Assembly: GCA_001600815.1 (NCBI GenBank)
Contig: BCKZ01000014.1
Span: 558,001-622,000, forward strand
Origin: Alloascoidea hylecoeti
Taxonomy: Eukaryota
Reading direction: 5' to 3'
Length of the DNA stretch: 64,000 nucleotides
Position 1 is the first letter of the stretch; each line of letters begins with the position of its first letter. The translations under genes were made by a program, and so were the position numbers. Positions 23,137 to 33,850 of the stretch are shown piece by piece. The notes beneath the pieces were generated by a model. It made no database searches. It worked only from the letters and a program-made list of their open reading frames with translations, and was not told the origin of the DNA.

Positions 23137-26100
23137 TCATTCTTCAAGTTTTTCCTTCAATTTATCAAGTCTTTCTTGACTCGTCCTAATGAATTCTGCT
23201 AACTCTTGTTTGGAGTATCTTTTATAAACTTCATCACGAGTCGTTGCTTTTGTAGCCCTCGCTTGTGATCCATCGAGTCCATCAGTAGGAAGACGAGCAT
23301 CAACCCGGTCATTAATCCAGTCCCAGATGTTAGTCTCCTCTTTCCGTTTCATATCTTGATAAAAGTCTCCATGCTTAGGTACTAGCACAATATAGTTATT
23401 GTTATCGAGAACACTAAAATTTGGAGAAATGGATTTGGAACCATTGCTTCCTCCAAATATACTTCTCAATAAGAAACTGCTAGGTAAAAATATGAGAAAA
23501 TATAGAATCGTCAAAACCAGTACAAGAACTAAAGGTCCGCTAATATATTGGCTCAATGGTATTATATCCAATACAGTTTTAAAAATACTAATGATGCCAT
23601 CTAAAATACCTCCACTGGTCTCAGAAGAAACATTAGCTTTGGCTTCTTCCTCTTCTGTAACTTTTGATTTTCTATGAGGTCTACTCTTTGATTTTCTCGG
23701 CTTTTTTCCTTTAGATATCGATTGTCCTTGTGGTCTAGATGAAGATTTTTTGACCCTCTCATTTAATTGAGAAATCAGAGTTTTAGTAGATTCGGTTTGT
23801 CCATCAATAGAACCCTTTTCAACAGCTCCTTTAATCCAACTTTTACCCGTCCAATCAATAAAACATGTGCATATCAGTCTTGTAGTATTGTTCTCACCCC
23901 AGCTAAGCAAATAACGCGATTTTGCTGTAAAAGATCCACCGCTGGGAATATCTGGAGTGCTTGTAGTGACAAGTATATAACAATAATCATTAAAATCACA
24001 ATACTCAACTGACTCAGTAATATGGCACCTTGTTTGTTTGGGTCCAATAGGCCCTCCTAACGGTTTAGTATAAGCGTATTTTCGAATTTTCTTGTCTGGA
24101 TTAGAAGGATCAGGTTTAAACTCTGGAATATCTGTAATATCAAAATTTTTCATTGTTTCGAATGATTTTCTCATAAACGAAGGGTCCTTTCCGAATAAAA
24201 TATCATATACTACTCCTAATGGTGCAGCTATTTGTTCATCACAAATTTGTTTTTCATTTGATTCGTACTTCACATTCGATTGTGTTGGTGGATGTGTGGC
24301 AGGTCCAGGATTAGATGAATCAGTTCCACCAGTCGTATTATTTTCTCCTGATGGTTGTTTACTATCTTGCTTGTTCTCATGGGATGCTGCTCCTTTATCA
24401 TTTGAATTTTCATTTACTTCGGACTTATTATTTTCTTGTTCATCAATCGATTCATCATCAAAATCGCTGCTACCATCATCATCCGATTCAGAAAATGAGT
24501 ATCCTGAGGAAGAATCCAAAGTTATAGAACCGTTAACAGAATCATCATCTCCATCCCCTCCTTTAGCAACAATAGATCCATCATCAACCATTTTTGTAGT
24601 TCCATCAACAATTCTACTCCAAACGGAAGAAATGAATTCAAAAGTTGAGTCTCTTGATATAAAACTGGCAAATATATGTTTCGCGTGAAGCGTTTGAATA
24701 ACCATTCCATTAGGAAATAAAACAGCAGTTGATTTTTTTTCAATTTGCACTACTTCTTCTAAAGGAATCACCAATGAAGTAACAAATCCCAAAATATTAG
24801 AATTGAAACAAACATGTTTTTCAGAAACGTATAATCTACCTTGTAATAAAATTTCTTTGCTTAAAGCACATGTGAAATCATCAAGTAATTTTTCATGAGA
24901 AGGGATTGCTTTAAAAGTTGAATGAAATTCATTATTTCGTTTTTCACTTGCAAATACAACACCAGCAGCTCTTGATCGATGTTTTGATTTATCGGCACCA
25001 ACTTCACCGGTTGATGATATCGAAGCAAGATTATTTCCTCCATCACGATCGCCTGCAATCGCTGGTGAGAGAGCAGCGTTTAGAGAAGTTGCAATTGCTG
25101 GTGCAAGAGCATATGTTGCGGATGCATTGCTTCGTGCTCGTCCTCGTAAATCTGAAGATGGTGTAGCATTTCCCGCTGCAGCCGGTGTATCTTGTTTAAG
25201 AAATTTTGACGTTGATATTCCCCTATTTGCTCTGTTTGAAGCTGGAGAAAGCGCTCTTACGATGGGAGATGGAGAGGTTGGCTTGCGACGAGAAGAAAGT
25301 GAAGAACGGTTTCCAGACACGCCTTCACCATATAACGAAACCGAAGGGGAGGAAGGTCTTTGTCCATAAGATTGAGTAGGATCCACTTTGACCTGTGGAA
25401 ATTCAATGATATTTGAGTAATGAGCTGTATTGAATGAATTATTTGCAACAGGACTAGATACTGAATATGAAGTTACTCCTGGTTCATTACGTATAGATGA
25501 TAGTGTCAAATTATTTGAAGATTCATTTGCCAGTAGATCCAAAGATAAAGGATTGGATTGATGAAACCCATTCATAGGAGATGAGACCTCTGGTTCGGGA
25601 CTTAGACCTAAACTAGCAAGAGATAGTTCACCTTTTCCAATAGTTGCTATAGGTGACTTTTTCATGGGTTCAAATACAACATTCTGTATTGGCGACATGG
25701 GCTCGTCCTCTTCTTTTACAGAATCATCGATGCTGTCGGCAGTATTTGTATCTCCATCTCTAAATGACACAAGATTATCTAAATGTTCTATAAATGAGCT
25801 TTTCTGTTTTCCAATCCTGTCATTTGAATCATTAGTACCTATAATTGTAGAAGCGGCTGTGTGGGCAACTGAAAAAAAAGAAGACAGTAAAGATTTTTCC
25901 TTTTCACTATTTCCATTTGAGGATTTCTGCTCTGAGGATGTGTTAGTTGAGGCTAATGATGATGATGTGGGATGTTTTGAGAATTTGGACAATGTTGTTG
26001 AAGTTTTGGAAGGTGCTCGTTTATGTCCATTTTGATTATAATCTGTATTTGAAGCTTGTTGCAATTGTATTCTTGACTGTGATTCCGATTGAAGCTCTTC

Positions 26101-26502
26101 TAGAGAAGCCTCACGGGGAAGAGAAATTGTGCTTTGTGTGGTGGTGGAGTTGGCTTCGATTGCTGGAGTTTCGTCAAATTTATCTGACGATTTCGGCTTA
26201 CCTCCAGGATTTTTGGGGCCGGCCCTCTTCAGTGAGCCATCAGGAGTGACCTTATTTTCGTCCTTGTAGTGGTCGGAGTGATCACTTGAAGATTCCTCAG
26301 TTTGGGAAAGATATGGGTTTTCTATATCCATGGAATGAGTTGCTTGCTCTGAACCAAACAAAGGCATTTGAGATCCACGGTAATCTCTGTGTTTTCTTGA
26401 TAGCGAGATCTTTCTGAAAGGCTTTCCCGCCTTCTTCATTAAGGATTGCTTCCGAGGAGAGTCGATTGTCAGGCTGCTCCGCGGAGTTTCGGGTGATTGC
26501 AT
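23137..26502 (-). CDS. Membrane-anchored sterol transfer protein (GRAM + VASt/StARkin + TM), Lam4/Ysp2-like
   Basis: GRAM segment (DFTCALSKEILLQGRLYVSEKHVCFNSNILG), VASt segment (GPKQTRC...TPDIPSGGSF...WTGKSWIKGAVEKGSIDG), then a C-terminal TM and coiled coil. Confidence 0.88.
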   Translation of the reverse strand: MQSPETPRSSLTIDSPRKQSLMKKAGKPFRKISLSRKHRDYRGSQMPLFGSEQATHSMDIENPYLSQTEESSSDHSDHYKDENKVTPDGSLKRAGPKNPGGKPKSSDKFDETPAIEANSTTTQSTISLPREASLEELQSESQSRIQLQQASNTDYNQNGHKRAPSKTSTTLSKFSKHPTSSSLASTNTSSEQKSSNGNSEKEKSLLSSFFSVAHTAASTIIGTNDSNDRIGKQKSSFIEHLDNLVSFRDGDTNTADSIDDSVKEEDEPMSPIQNVVFEPMKKSPIATIGKGELSLASLGLSPEPEVSSPMNGFHQSNPLSLDLLANESSNNLTLSSIRNEPGVTSYSVSSPVANNSFNTAHYSNIIEFPQVKVDPTQSYGQRPSSPSVSLYGEGVSGNRSSLSSRRKPTSPSPIVRALSPASNRANRGISTSKFLKQDTPAAAGNATPSSDLRGRARSNASATYALAPAIATSLNAALSPAIAGDRDGGNNLASISSTGEVGADKSKHRSRAAGVVFASEKRNNEFHSTFKAIPSHEKLLDDFTCALSKEILLQGRLYVSEKHVCFNSNILGFVTSLVIPLEEVVQIEKKSTAVLFPNGMVIQTLHAKHIFASFISRDSTFEFISSVWSRIVDGTTKMVDDGSIVAKGGDGDDDSVNGSITLDSSSGYSFSESDDDGSSDFDDESIDEQENNKSEVNENSNDKGAASHENKQDSKQPSGENNTTGGTDSSNPGPATHPPTQSNVKYESNEKQICDEQIAAPLGVVYDILFGKDPSFMRKSFETMKNFDITDIPEFKPDPSNPDKKIRKYAYTKPLGGPIGPKQTRCHITESVEYCDFNDYCYILVTTSTPDIPSGGSFTAKSRYLLSWGENNTTRLICTCFIDWTGKSWIKGAVEKGSIDGQTESTKTLISQLNERVKKSSSRPQGQSISKGKKPRKSKSRPHRKSKVTEEEEAKANVSSETSGGILDGIISIFKTVLDIIPLSQYISGPLVLVLVLTILYFLIFLPSSFLLRSIFGGSNGSKSISPNFSVLDNNNYIVLVPKHGDFYQDMKRKEETNIWDWINDRVDARLPTDGLDGSQARATKATTRDEVYKRYSKQELAEFIRTSQERLDKLKEKLEE

Positions 26503-26754
26503 AATATATATAATAAATAATGGAAGTGNATAGGAATCTTTTTTAGCAGTTTAAATTTATTTTTGGAATGGGGCAGTTGACACTAAACTATACATGAGAC
26601 TCGCATTGCTAAGCAAAGTGACAGAGTGAACAACATCATTTTCAATTTACATATTGATATAAAACGCTTTACAGTATAAATTTCATATTCAACGGCATCA
26701 ATGGAGTTATAATTTTTAAACAATCATATAGATAAAAATTAAATAAAAATCGAT

Positions 26755-27234
26755 TTATCGGTCCTCAGCCCATTCATTCTCCCTTTTTATTTGGGCTTCC
26801 TCCTCTGGAGTAAAATCGTTTTGAATGTTAAAAGTTTTTCGGATCTCTTCTGGGCTTTTGCCCTTAATCATACCAGCTACAGTTTTGCAACCAACATCTA
26901 ACAGTGGTTTAATATCTAAATAGTTGGCAGCCAAGATGATCTCAAATAACATCTCCTGATCAACTTGTAAAAACTTTTGGTCCCATTCATCAATTTGGGT
27001 CAATTTCTTATGTTGTTCATCTTCATCTGCTGTAGGGAAAATGTCATCTTTGTGGTGCTCACACCATTCAATAACCTTTTTTAAAACATTAGATCGTACA
27101 ACAGGGACTGGAATATTCACCGCTTCTTCACCCAAATCTTCAATCATATGTTTGAGTAGAACGGAACGTTCAGCAATCTTTCGTTCAACTTTGAACACTT
27201 CAGCATCAGAGGATGTTAATTGTAAGTATGACAT
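26755..27234 (-). CDS. SKP1: SCF/CBF3 subunit Skp1, copy A (159 aa)
   Basis: [10 protein letters not shown]...[12 protein letters not shown]...[23 protein letters not shown]...[28 protein letters not shown] at 27234. Confidence 0.96.
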   Translation of the reverse strand: MSYLQLTSSDAEVFKVERKIAERSVLLKHMIEDLGEEAVNIPVPVVRSNVLKKVIEWCEHHKDDIFPTADEDEQHKKLTQIDEWDQKFLQVDQEMLFEIILAANYLDIKPLLDVGCKTVAGMIKGKSPEEIRKTFNIQNDFTPEEEAQIKRENEWAEDR

Positions 27235-27300
27235 TGGGGTTGGAAGGATAAGCAATGTCGTAGGAAGGTTAGATTTGAAAGAAGTTATATGTGTTAGGGG

Positions 27301-27339
27301 CGGGTAACCACTGCGTATATTTGCCACTCTTAGCACGTG
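27301..27339. promoter_or_regulatory. SKP1 copy A promoter: Reb1-like CGGGTAA, Rpn4/PACE-like TTTGCCACT, E-box CACGTG
   Basis: Motifs at 27301, 27320 and 27334, within about 110 bp of the ATG. Confidence 0.5.
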
Positions 27340-28157
27340 GATATTTTTTTCCTTTACAAAAATATAGATAGAATACACCAAATTTAAAAGGAACCGGAGA
27401 ATTAATGTTTAAAGTTAGAAATAATTTACGTATGGTTTAAAAGCTATAAAATTCGCGGAGACCATAATCGATTGTATAGTGAGACAGAATCCGAAATACA
27501 TCTGTATGATGGAGACTAACAGGAGAGCTAATTTATGGAAATATTTATGCGTAATGATAGTCCAAATCGACCACAATTAAAAATCAATCATCAACAATGA
27601 TAGTAAAATCGTATCCCCGTTTAAGAAACTTATCGAGTTAAAGATTAAAGTCCATCTAAGTATAGCTAGAGTATCGACGACATTAACCCATGTTGAAATT
27701 AATACTATAAATGTCGTAACGCCAAGTAAATATATAGCTATAGTTTGATGTTAAATATGACCGACCGCAAGCCTGCACTCTCCAGATAATACCATAGGTA
27801 TAAGGAGGTGCTAATCAGTTGTAAGCAGATAGACACAAAACTACCTTTCACCCAAATTTATGGAAGGCTTATTTCCCGGGACTTTCTACTAATAACATTA
27901 GAGGTATCTACTACCCTTACGAACTTATAATTATGAAAGAGACAATCTTTTTGAAAAGAATATCACTTTTTCAGCTTTTGTTTTACTAGTCGATATTAAT
28001 AAATAGAAATATGTCACATTTTAATTAATCGCATATATATATAATATTTTATTTGATTCTCAACGGCATCAACTATATCGGAGTATGCCTAATAGGCAGC
28101 AAAACAATATATATGTATAGCAAATCAATCATAAAAAATGATTATATATTGAATAAA

Positions 28158-28652
28158 TTATTCCAGAGAAAAATTACATTTTCCTTCCGTAGCGCATTGA
28201 TATATGTCTTCAACTTGGGCTTCTTCCTCCGGTGTAAAATCGTGTTCCATACCAAACGTGTCCCTGATGTCTTGAAGAGTCTTGTCCTTGAATAACTTTG
28301 CAACGGCTTGACAGCCAATATCTAATAGGTGCTTAATATTCATATAATTGGCGGCTAAAACGAGATCGTACAGAACCTTTTGACTTTCGATACTTAGGAA
28401 ATCTTCGTCCCATTTATCAATGTTGGTAGCCTCCACGTATTGCTCATCTTCCACAATAGGATCCTTTTTGTGGCGATCAAGCCATTCTATAATTAGTTTT
28501 AATGTACTTGAGTGAACTAACTTTAAAGCAATGGGGGCTTCTTCACCAACGTCACTAATCGCATTTCGAATCAAGATAGAACGTTCAATAGTTTTTTGTT
28601 CAACTTTAATCTCTTCACCATCAGAGGAGATTAATGTTATTGTTGGTTCCAT
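28158..28652 (-). CDS. Divergent Skp1-like paralog, copy B (164 aa)
   Basis: ITLISSDGEEIKVE...LVLAANYMNIKHLLDIGCQAVA...[21 protein letters not shown] is intact but the C-terminus is altered. Confidence 0.88.
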   Translation of the reverse strand: MEPTITLISSDGEEIKVEQKTIERSILIRNAISDVGEEAPIALKLVHSSTLKLIIEWLDRHKKDPIVEDEQYVEATNIDKWDEDFLSIESQKVLYDLVLAANYMNIKHLLDIGCQAVAKLFKDKTLQDIRDTFGMEHDFTPEEEAQVEDIYQCATEGKCNFSLE

Positions 28653-29639
28653 TGCAGTTAGAAGGGATAGCCGAGTGATTTTTTTTTTTTTGGAAAGCGG
28701 AAATTATAAAGAAACTGGAAAAGACTGTATTTGGAATAACAACCGCTTGCCATAAAAAACACAAAACCTAAAAGATTCTTTATTCAAGAAAATTATTTAT
28801 TCTGTATATAAATATATACAACACGTGAGAATTTGGGAATTTGTTTCCATGATCTTATTAATTTTGAGGATAGGTACAATCTTGGAAATACCCTCACAGA
28901 TACATTAACTCTATGAAATTACCTATTCAAGTTTCTCAGTAAATTGAGTGCTTTGCATAGCTCTGGAATATCTACCAAGTAGCTAGGACTCAAACAGCTG
29001 ATGAAATATCAGCTCTTTTGAATAAGTGCAGTCATGGAAACAATATAACTAAATCGATTGAAAATATGTCTATTGCATAATAAGTACTCACTAAAGAGGA
29101 TGATAAGCAAAATATAAAGTGAATGGCTGATTTTGTGGAAGAATATTCGATTTCTGATGAAAAGGCTGCTCATCTGCATATGCTTATGTTTGAGTCCATT
29201 AGGAACTAGCAGGAGAAGAATAAAAGAAAACAGTGCTAATATTTATATTTGTTTAAAATATCATGATCTGTATTTGACTATCTGAATTATTAGTGTGTCT
29301 ATATGTTGTATTAAAGATATATTTATTACAAATTCTAATATTTGTTTCAATTTCCACTGTGTTTCTGTATGTATAACATTTAAATTTACATCTGCTAGTA
29401 CAGCCATTATTTATATCACAAGATTCACAATTAAATAGAGTGGGACTATCTATTAGTCAAGTATTAAGCAGAGCGAATGTAGTTATAAGGCTTTATGTTG
29501 GACATTCAAATTTACGAATCGCCAATTACAAATAGAAAAAAATCTTTTACATTATAATATTAAGTTCAACAAATATGATTATATAATACATCAAAATTAA
29601 ATGCCCTCAATCTCCTTTCTTAATATATTATTCCAAAGC

Positions 29640-30045
29640 TTATTCATTTTGACTTTTGAGTCGAGCTTCTTCCTCTGGTTTAAGATTGTGTTCTATACCA
29701 AACGTGTCCCTGATTTTTGTTGGCTCTTCTTGCCTTTGAACACGTTTGCCACGGTTTTACAACAACTAACAAGCGACTAATATTCATACAATTGGTAGCT
29801 GAAATGATTTAAAACAGAAACTTTTGATTATTATTTTGGGATCCAATCATCAATGTGGGTTATCTATTCGTTAACTTTTTTTAATATACATGTATACTCG
29901 TGCGTAAGCCAACGAGTGGTAATATTTAGGTCTCTTTCACTAGTCACCAATTGCATTTATAATGCATAGAACGCTCAATAGTTTTCTGTTCAACTTTGAA
30001 CTCTTCACCATCCGAGGATTTTATTTTATATTGACTAATTTTCAT
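29640..30045 (-). pseudogene. Skp1-like pseudogene, copy C (closest to copy B)
   Basis: MKISQYKIKSSDGEEFKVEQKTIERS is followed by frameshifts and a stop. Downstream fragments read ATNCMNISRLL, CKTVANVFKGKK and IRDTFGIEHNLKPEEEARLKSQNE*. Confidence 0.85.
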
Positions 30046-30290
30046 AAATATACTTATCGCTATTTGGCGAATGCTCTCCAAAATATCGTTACAAATAGAT
30101 AAAAATGCACAAGCATTTAATTTGTAACCGCTATGCATATGCATAGTCAAAATATTAACGAATAAATAAATCTCTTCCTAAATAGTATACGAAGCTGATA
30201 ATCAGAATTTCGCAAAACTGATTATCCAGATAAAACAATTAGAATTATCACAGAATAAATAAACATGTATTTGTCCAAGAATAAACCAAT

Positions 30291-30764
30291 TTATCGGTCC
30301 TCAGCCCATTCATTCTCCCTTTTTATTTGGGCTTCCTCCTCTGGAGTAAAATCGTTTTGAATGTTAAAAGTTTTTCGGATCTCTTCTGGGCTTTTGCCCT
30401 TAATCATACCAGCTACAGTTTTGCAACCAACATCTAACAGTGGTTTAATATCTAAGTAGTTGGCAGCCAAGATGATCTCAAATAACATCTCCTGATCAAC
30501 TTGTAAAAACTTTTGGTCCCATTCATCAATTTGGGTCAATTTCCTCCGTTCCTCATCTCCAGTTGGGAAAATTTCATCTTTGTGGTGCTCACACCATTCA
30601 ATAACCTTTTTTAAAACATTAGATCGTACAACAGGGACTGGAATATTCACCGCTTCTTCACCCAAATCTTCAATCATATGTTTGAGTAGAACGGAACGTT
30701 CAGCAATCTTTCGTTCAACTTTGAACACCTCAGCATCAGAGGATGTTAATTGTAAATAAGACAT
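30291..30764 (-). CDS. SKP1: Skp1, copy D (157 aa), almost identical to copy A
   Basis: Differs from copy A only in the acidic loop ([13 protein letters not shown] vs [15 protein letters not shown]) plus a few silent changes. Confidence 0.94.
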   Translation of the reverse strand: MSYLQLTSSDAEVFKVERKIAERSVLLKHMIEDLGEEAVNIPVPVVRSNVLKKVIEWCEHHKDEIFPTGDEERRKLTQIDEWDQKFLQVDQEMLFEIILAANYLDIKPLLDVGCKTVAGMIKGKSPEEIRKTFNIQNDFTPEEEAQIKRENEWAEDR

Positions 30765-31594
30765 TGTAGATATGAAATTAAAGGATAAGTGAAGTTTGAA
30801 ACAAGTATTGTAATCGGAAGAGATTAAAGATTTATATATTTGTGAGAGCTCGTAAATTTTTGTAAATTAATTTGTTATAGTTTCCCATATGGATTTTATT
30901 TTTTAGCTTTTGACCTTCTTAGTGCTTACTTGTTTGAATTCGAGTGTTCATTGATTATTATTATTTTCTATCAATGTATGGGTAATGGATTTGCTTTTCA
31001 TTTGGCAGAATTATTTAGTTTATAATGTATGACAAAAATATGAAAGAGTATATTTTGTTCTCTCATGGGTAAAGATAATTACATTTGTAATTATTTCATG
31101 TTACGGTATAAGAATAAATAATAAATATTTGTATATCAAAATATTATCGATACTGAAGCTTATAAGCTCCTTCAATATAGAAATGAAAAGATTTACATCC
31201 AAGTAAACAGTTCATAGAGTAGTAAAAGTACCCAAAATTGGCCGCGAAACAGCACATTTTCCCAACGACACTTAATTATAAATTGATAATTTAATGTATC
31301 CATTGCATAACAAACTGAATGAATCGAGGAAGAAACATTGATAGGAAATATTAATAGACCTCGAGGATCCGAATTTAAAGTAGCTCTTCATAGACAATTC
31401 TGCAGCTTATCCTATAACTATAACAGTAGTATAACATACATATTACAAACATGTTAATTTTAAGTAGATAAAAAGGGGAAATATAACCAATGTTATTATG
31501 AAAGATTAATGGTACAAACAAGCTCAAGTACCTGTACCATAAAAGCTCTAGGATGTATGAAAAAAGTACGAATTTATATTAAAATTTGTTATAA

Positions 31595-33140
31595 CTATAG
31601 TTTCCTATATGGAGATGAATTTATCTTTTGACCAGACTCCAACTCTTTGTACTTAACTTGATAACCTCTGGCCCTGGGTAGTCTAGCCCGATTTTTGTAC
31701 AAATCTCTTAAGGATAATGCTTTCTCTACTGAACCATATTTTTGGAAAAATCTTTCACTTTCTAAATCAAATGTTCCATTTTCAATCGTGCTTTGAATTC
31801 CTCTCATAAAATTTTCAGATACTTGGAAATTGTGCATTTGTAGTAAAACCCAACCAGTCATTTCCTTGGCATCAAGTAAGTGGTGAACATATGCCTTTGT
31901 ATAGGGTTTAGTTCTTTCTGTGATACCCTCTGGTGTATTAACACCTAGTAAAGTCATATCCGTCTTGTATTTGGGATCCCACATATTGTGACCTAAAGAA
32001 TCACTCGTAGAATCTAGAACTGGAAAGATAAAATCAAATGATACTCCGGCATCTGTGAAACTATTAGTAAAATCATTGGTAAATACATCAATCCCCTTTT
32101 GGATTTGCAATAGTATATCCTGTGGAGTTTCAACGGGAGAAGCTTGATACCGCACTAAAGAATCAAGAACCGAATTTGATGTAATCTCTCCAAATGTGAT
32201 TTCTTCATCAATATCATTGGAGTTATCTTTAGTTTCATTATTAGTACATTCATTTGCTAAAACACTTTGCCTTTTTCTTGTAACACCATTTAAATCCCAG
32301 AAAGTAAGTCCACTAACAATTCCTTCCTTAACAGCATATTTCAAATAATCAAGATATATTTCTTGCTTTTCAATATCAATTTTAGGCAAAACTGGTGCAA
32401 ATAAATAAGGAATATAAGTATCTTGATCATCTTTAATTGTTTCCATAGATGTTTCCAACCATTCAATGGCTCTTTCTATCATCTTACGAACTCTATTACC
32501 ACCGGGTTTCCCACCTGGAGATAAATTTGGAAGATCTATTGGCGTGAACAATATTTCAGTACCTAAAGCTCTGGCTAATTCAATATATGTTGGCAATGGG
32601 ATTTTTTTGAATCCTTGTGATGTCATAACACTCATTGTTTTTTTAGTATTTGAATGAGGTGACTCAACTGGTTGTGATCTTCTTAGTGAGGTTACAAGCG
32701 GTTTATTTTCAGGAAATGGGAACAATTTTCGAAATTTATCAGGATATGATAAAAATGGAGAAGAGTTTGGATATTGTTCAAGAACTGGATTGATAGATAT
32801 TGATTAGACAATGGGACCAATAAAAGAAAAAAAAAAAAAAAAAAACTTATAACGTACAGTCTTCAGCACCAAGGTAATAACCCGAAACATTAGAGCATTT
32901 CTCTAAATTCTCAGGTGTCAAATGATGAACAATCCCTCTTGAAGTCGTTGCCATAAGATTTGGTGTTTTGATTACATATTTTGATCCTTTTTGTAAATTT
33001 GAATTTATTGATAATATTCCACACCTAGCATTGCCAGATTGTTTTAGGACTTTAAAAGGATTTCCTGGAGGAAGCTTCAATTTGGGAATTTTTGTAGGTC
33101 GGGTTATAGCAGGAACGTTGGAAGAAGACTCGTTTGCCAT
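31595..33140 (-). CDS. QTRT2: Queuine tRNA-ribosyltransferase accessory subunit (QTRT2/Qtr2-like); intron 32785-32857
   Basis: Exon 1 has IKTPNLMATTSRGIVHHLTPE. The GTACGT...CTAAT...CAG intron joins YLGAED|FLEQYP. The C-terminus YTKAYVHHLLDAKEMTGWVLLQMHN is typical of fungal TGT accessory subunits. Confidence 0.85.
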
Positions 33141-33440
33141 TATCTGCGCTGAACAAAATGATGAAAGTTTTTTTCTTTACAATTTTATATTCAGAGAAAG
33201 TTTATCTAGCAATGAAACCACTTAATTTCGGCCACTATTTATACTAAAGATTAAGCCAGTACGATTACTATGTTTTAGCCACATTTTACACCCAGATTTG
33301 ATACATAACCCCGCATATTAACAAGTAAAACGGGAATAATGCAGCCAAAGCTTAATTATGGGGTTCTATGTGAGCAGAGTGGTTTAAATGGTGGCCGAAA
33401 CTAAATTGAATCATAGTTGTAATAATTAGAATTAAAATTC

Positions 33441-33645
33441 TATACTGTTTTAACGGGCTATTTGAGAATAAAATAAGCATTTATCCGGGTAATGTTTAGC
33501 TATATGCACGAATCCACATCTATTCATTTTTCACACAACGTTATTCAAAAATATCAATGATTGGGATTCGTGCATATAGTTAAACATTACCCGGACAAAT
33601 GCTTATATTTTATTCTCAAATACCCAAATCGGAAAAAACAGTATA
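33441..33645. mobile_element. Long inverted repeat, MITE-like/foldback element
   Basis: Arms 33459-33515 and 33564-33622 are reverse complements with 2 mismatches and a 2-nt indel. Outer TATACTGTTTT (33441) pairs with AAAACAGTATA (ending 33645). The repeat is clear; mobility is inferred. Confidence 0.55.
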
Positions 33646-33850
33646 ATAAAGCTTAAGAATAAACAGGGGCAAATTAAATACACAGAAATGTAACCAGATT
33701 CAAACAGTCACGAATTGAACACTAAGAAAATATGAGTTTATAAGTAGGTATAACTTTTTTTTCAAAAATTTGATGATATTTATGTTTAATATATAATAAA
33801 AGAAATGGGATATATGGTTACTATAAACAATGAGAATTAATAAAGTCTAT

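Noticed and set aside
27235..27381. 49-aa N-terminal extension of SKP1 copy A
   Set aside because: Non-ATG start, overlaps promoter motifs, and is absent from copy D.
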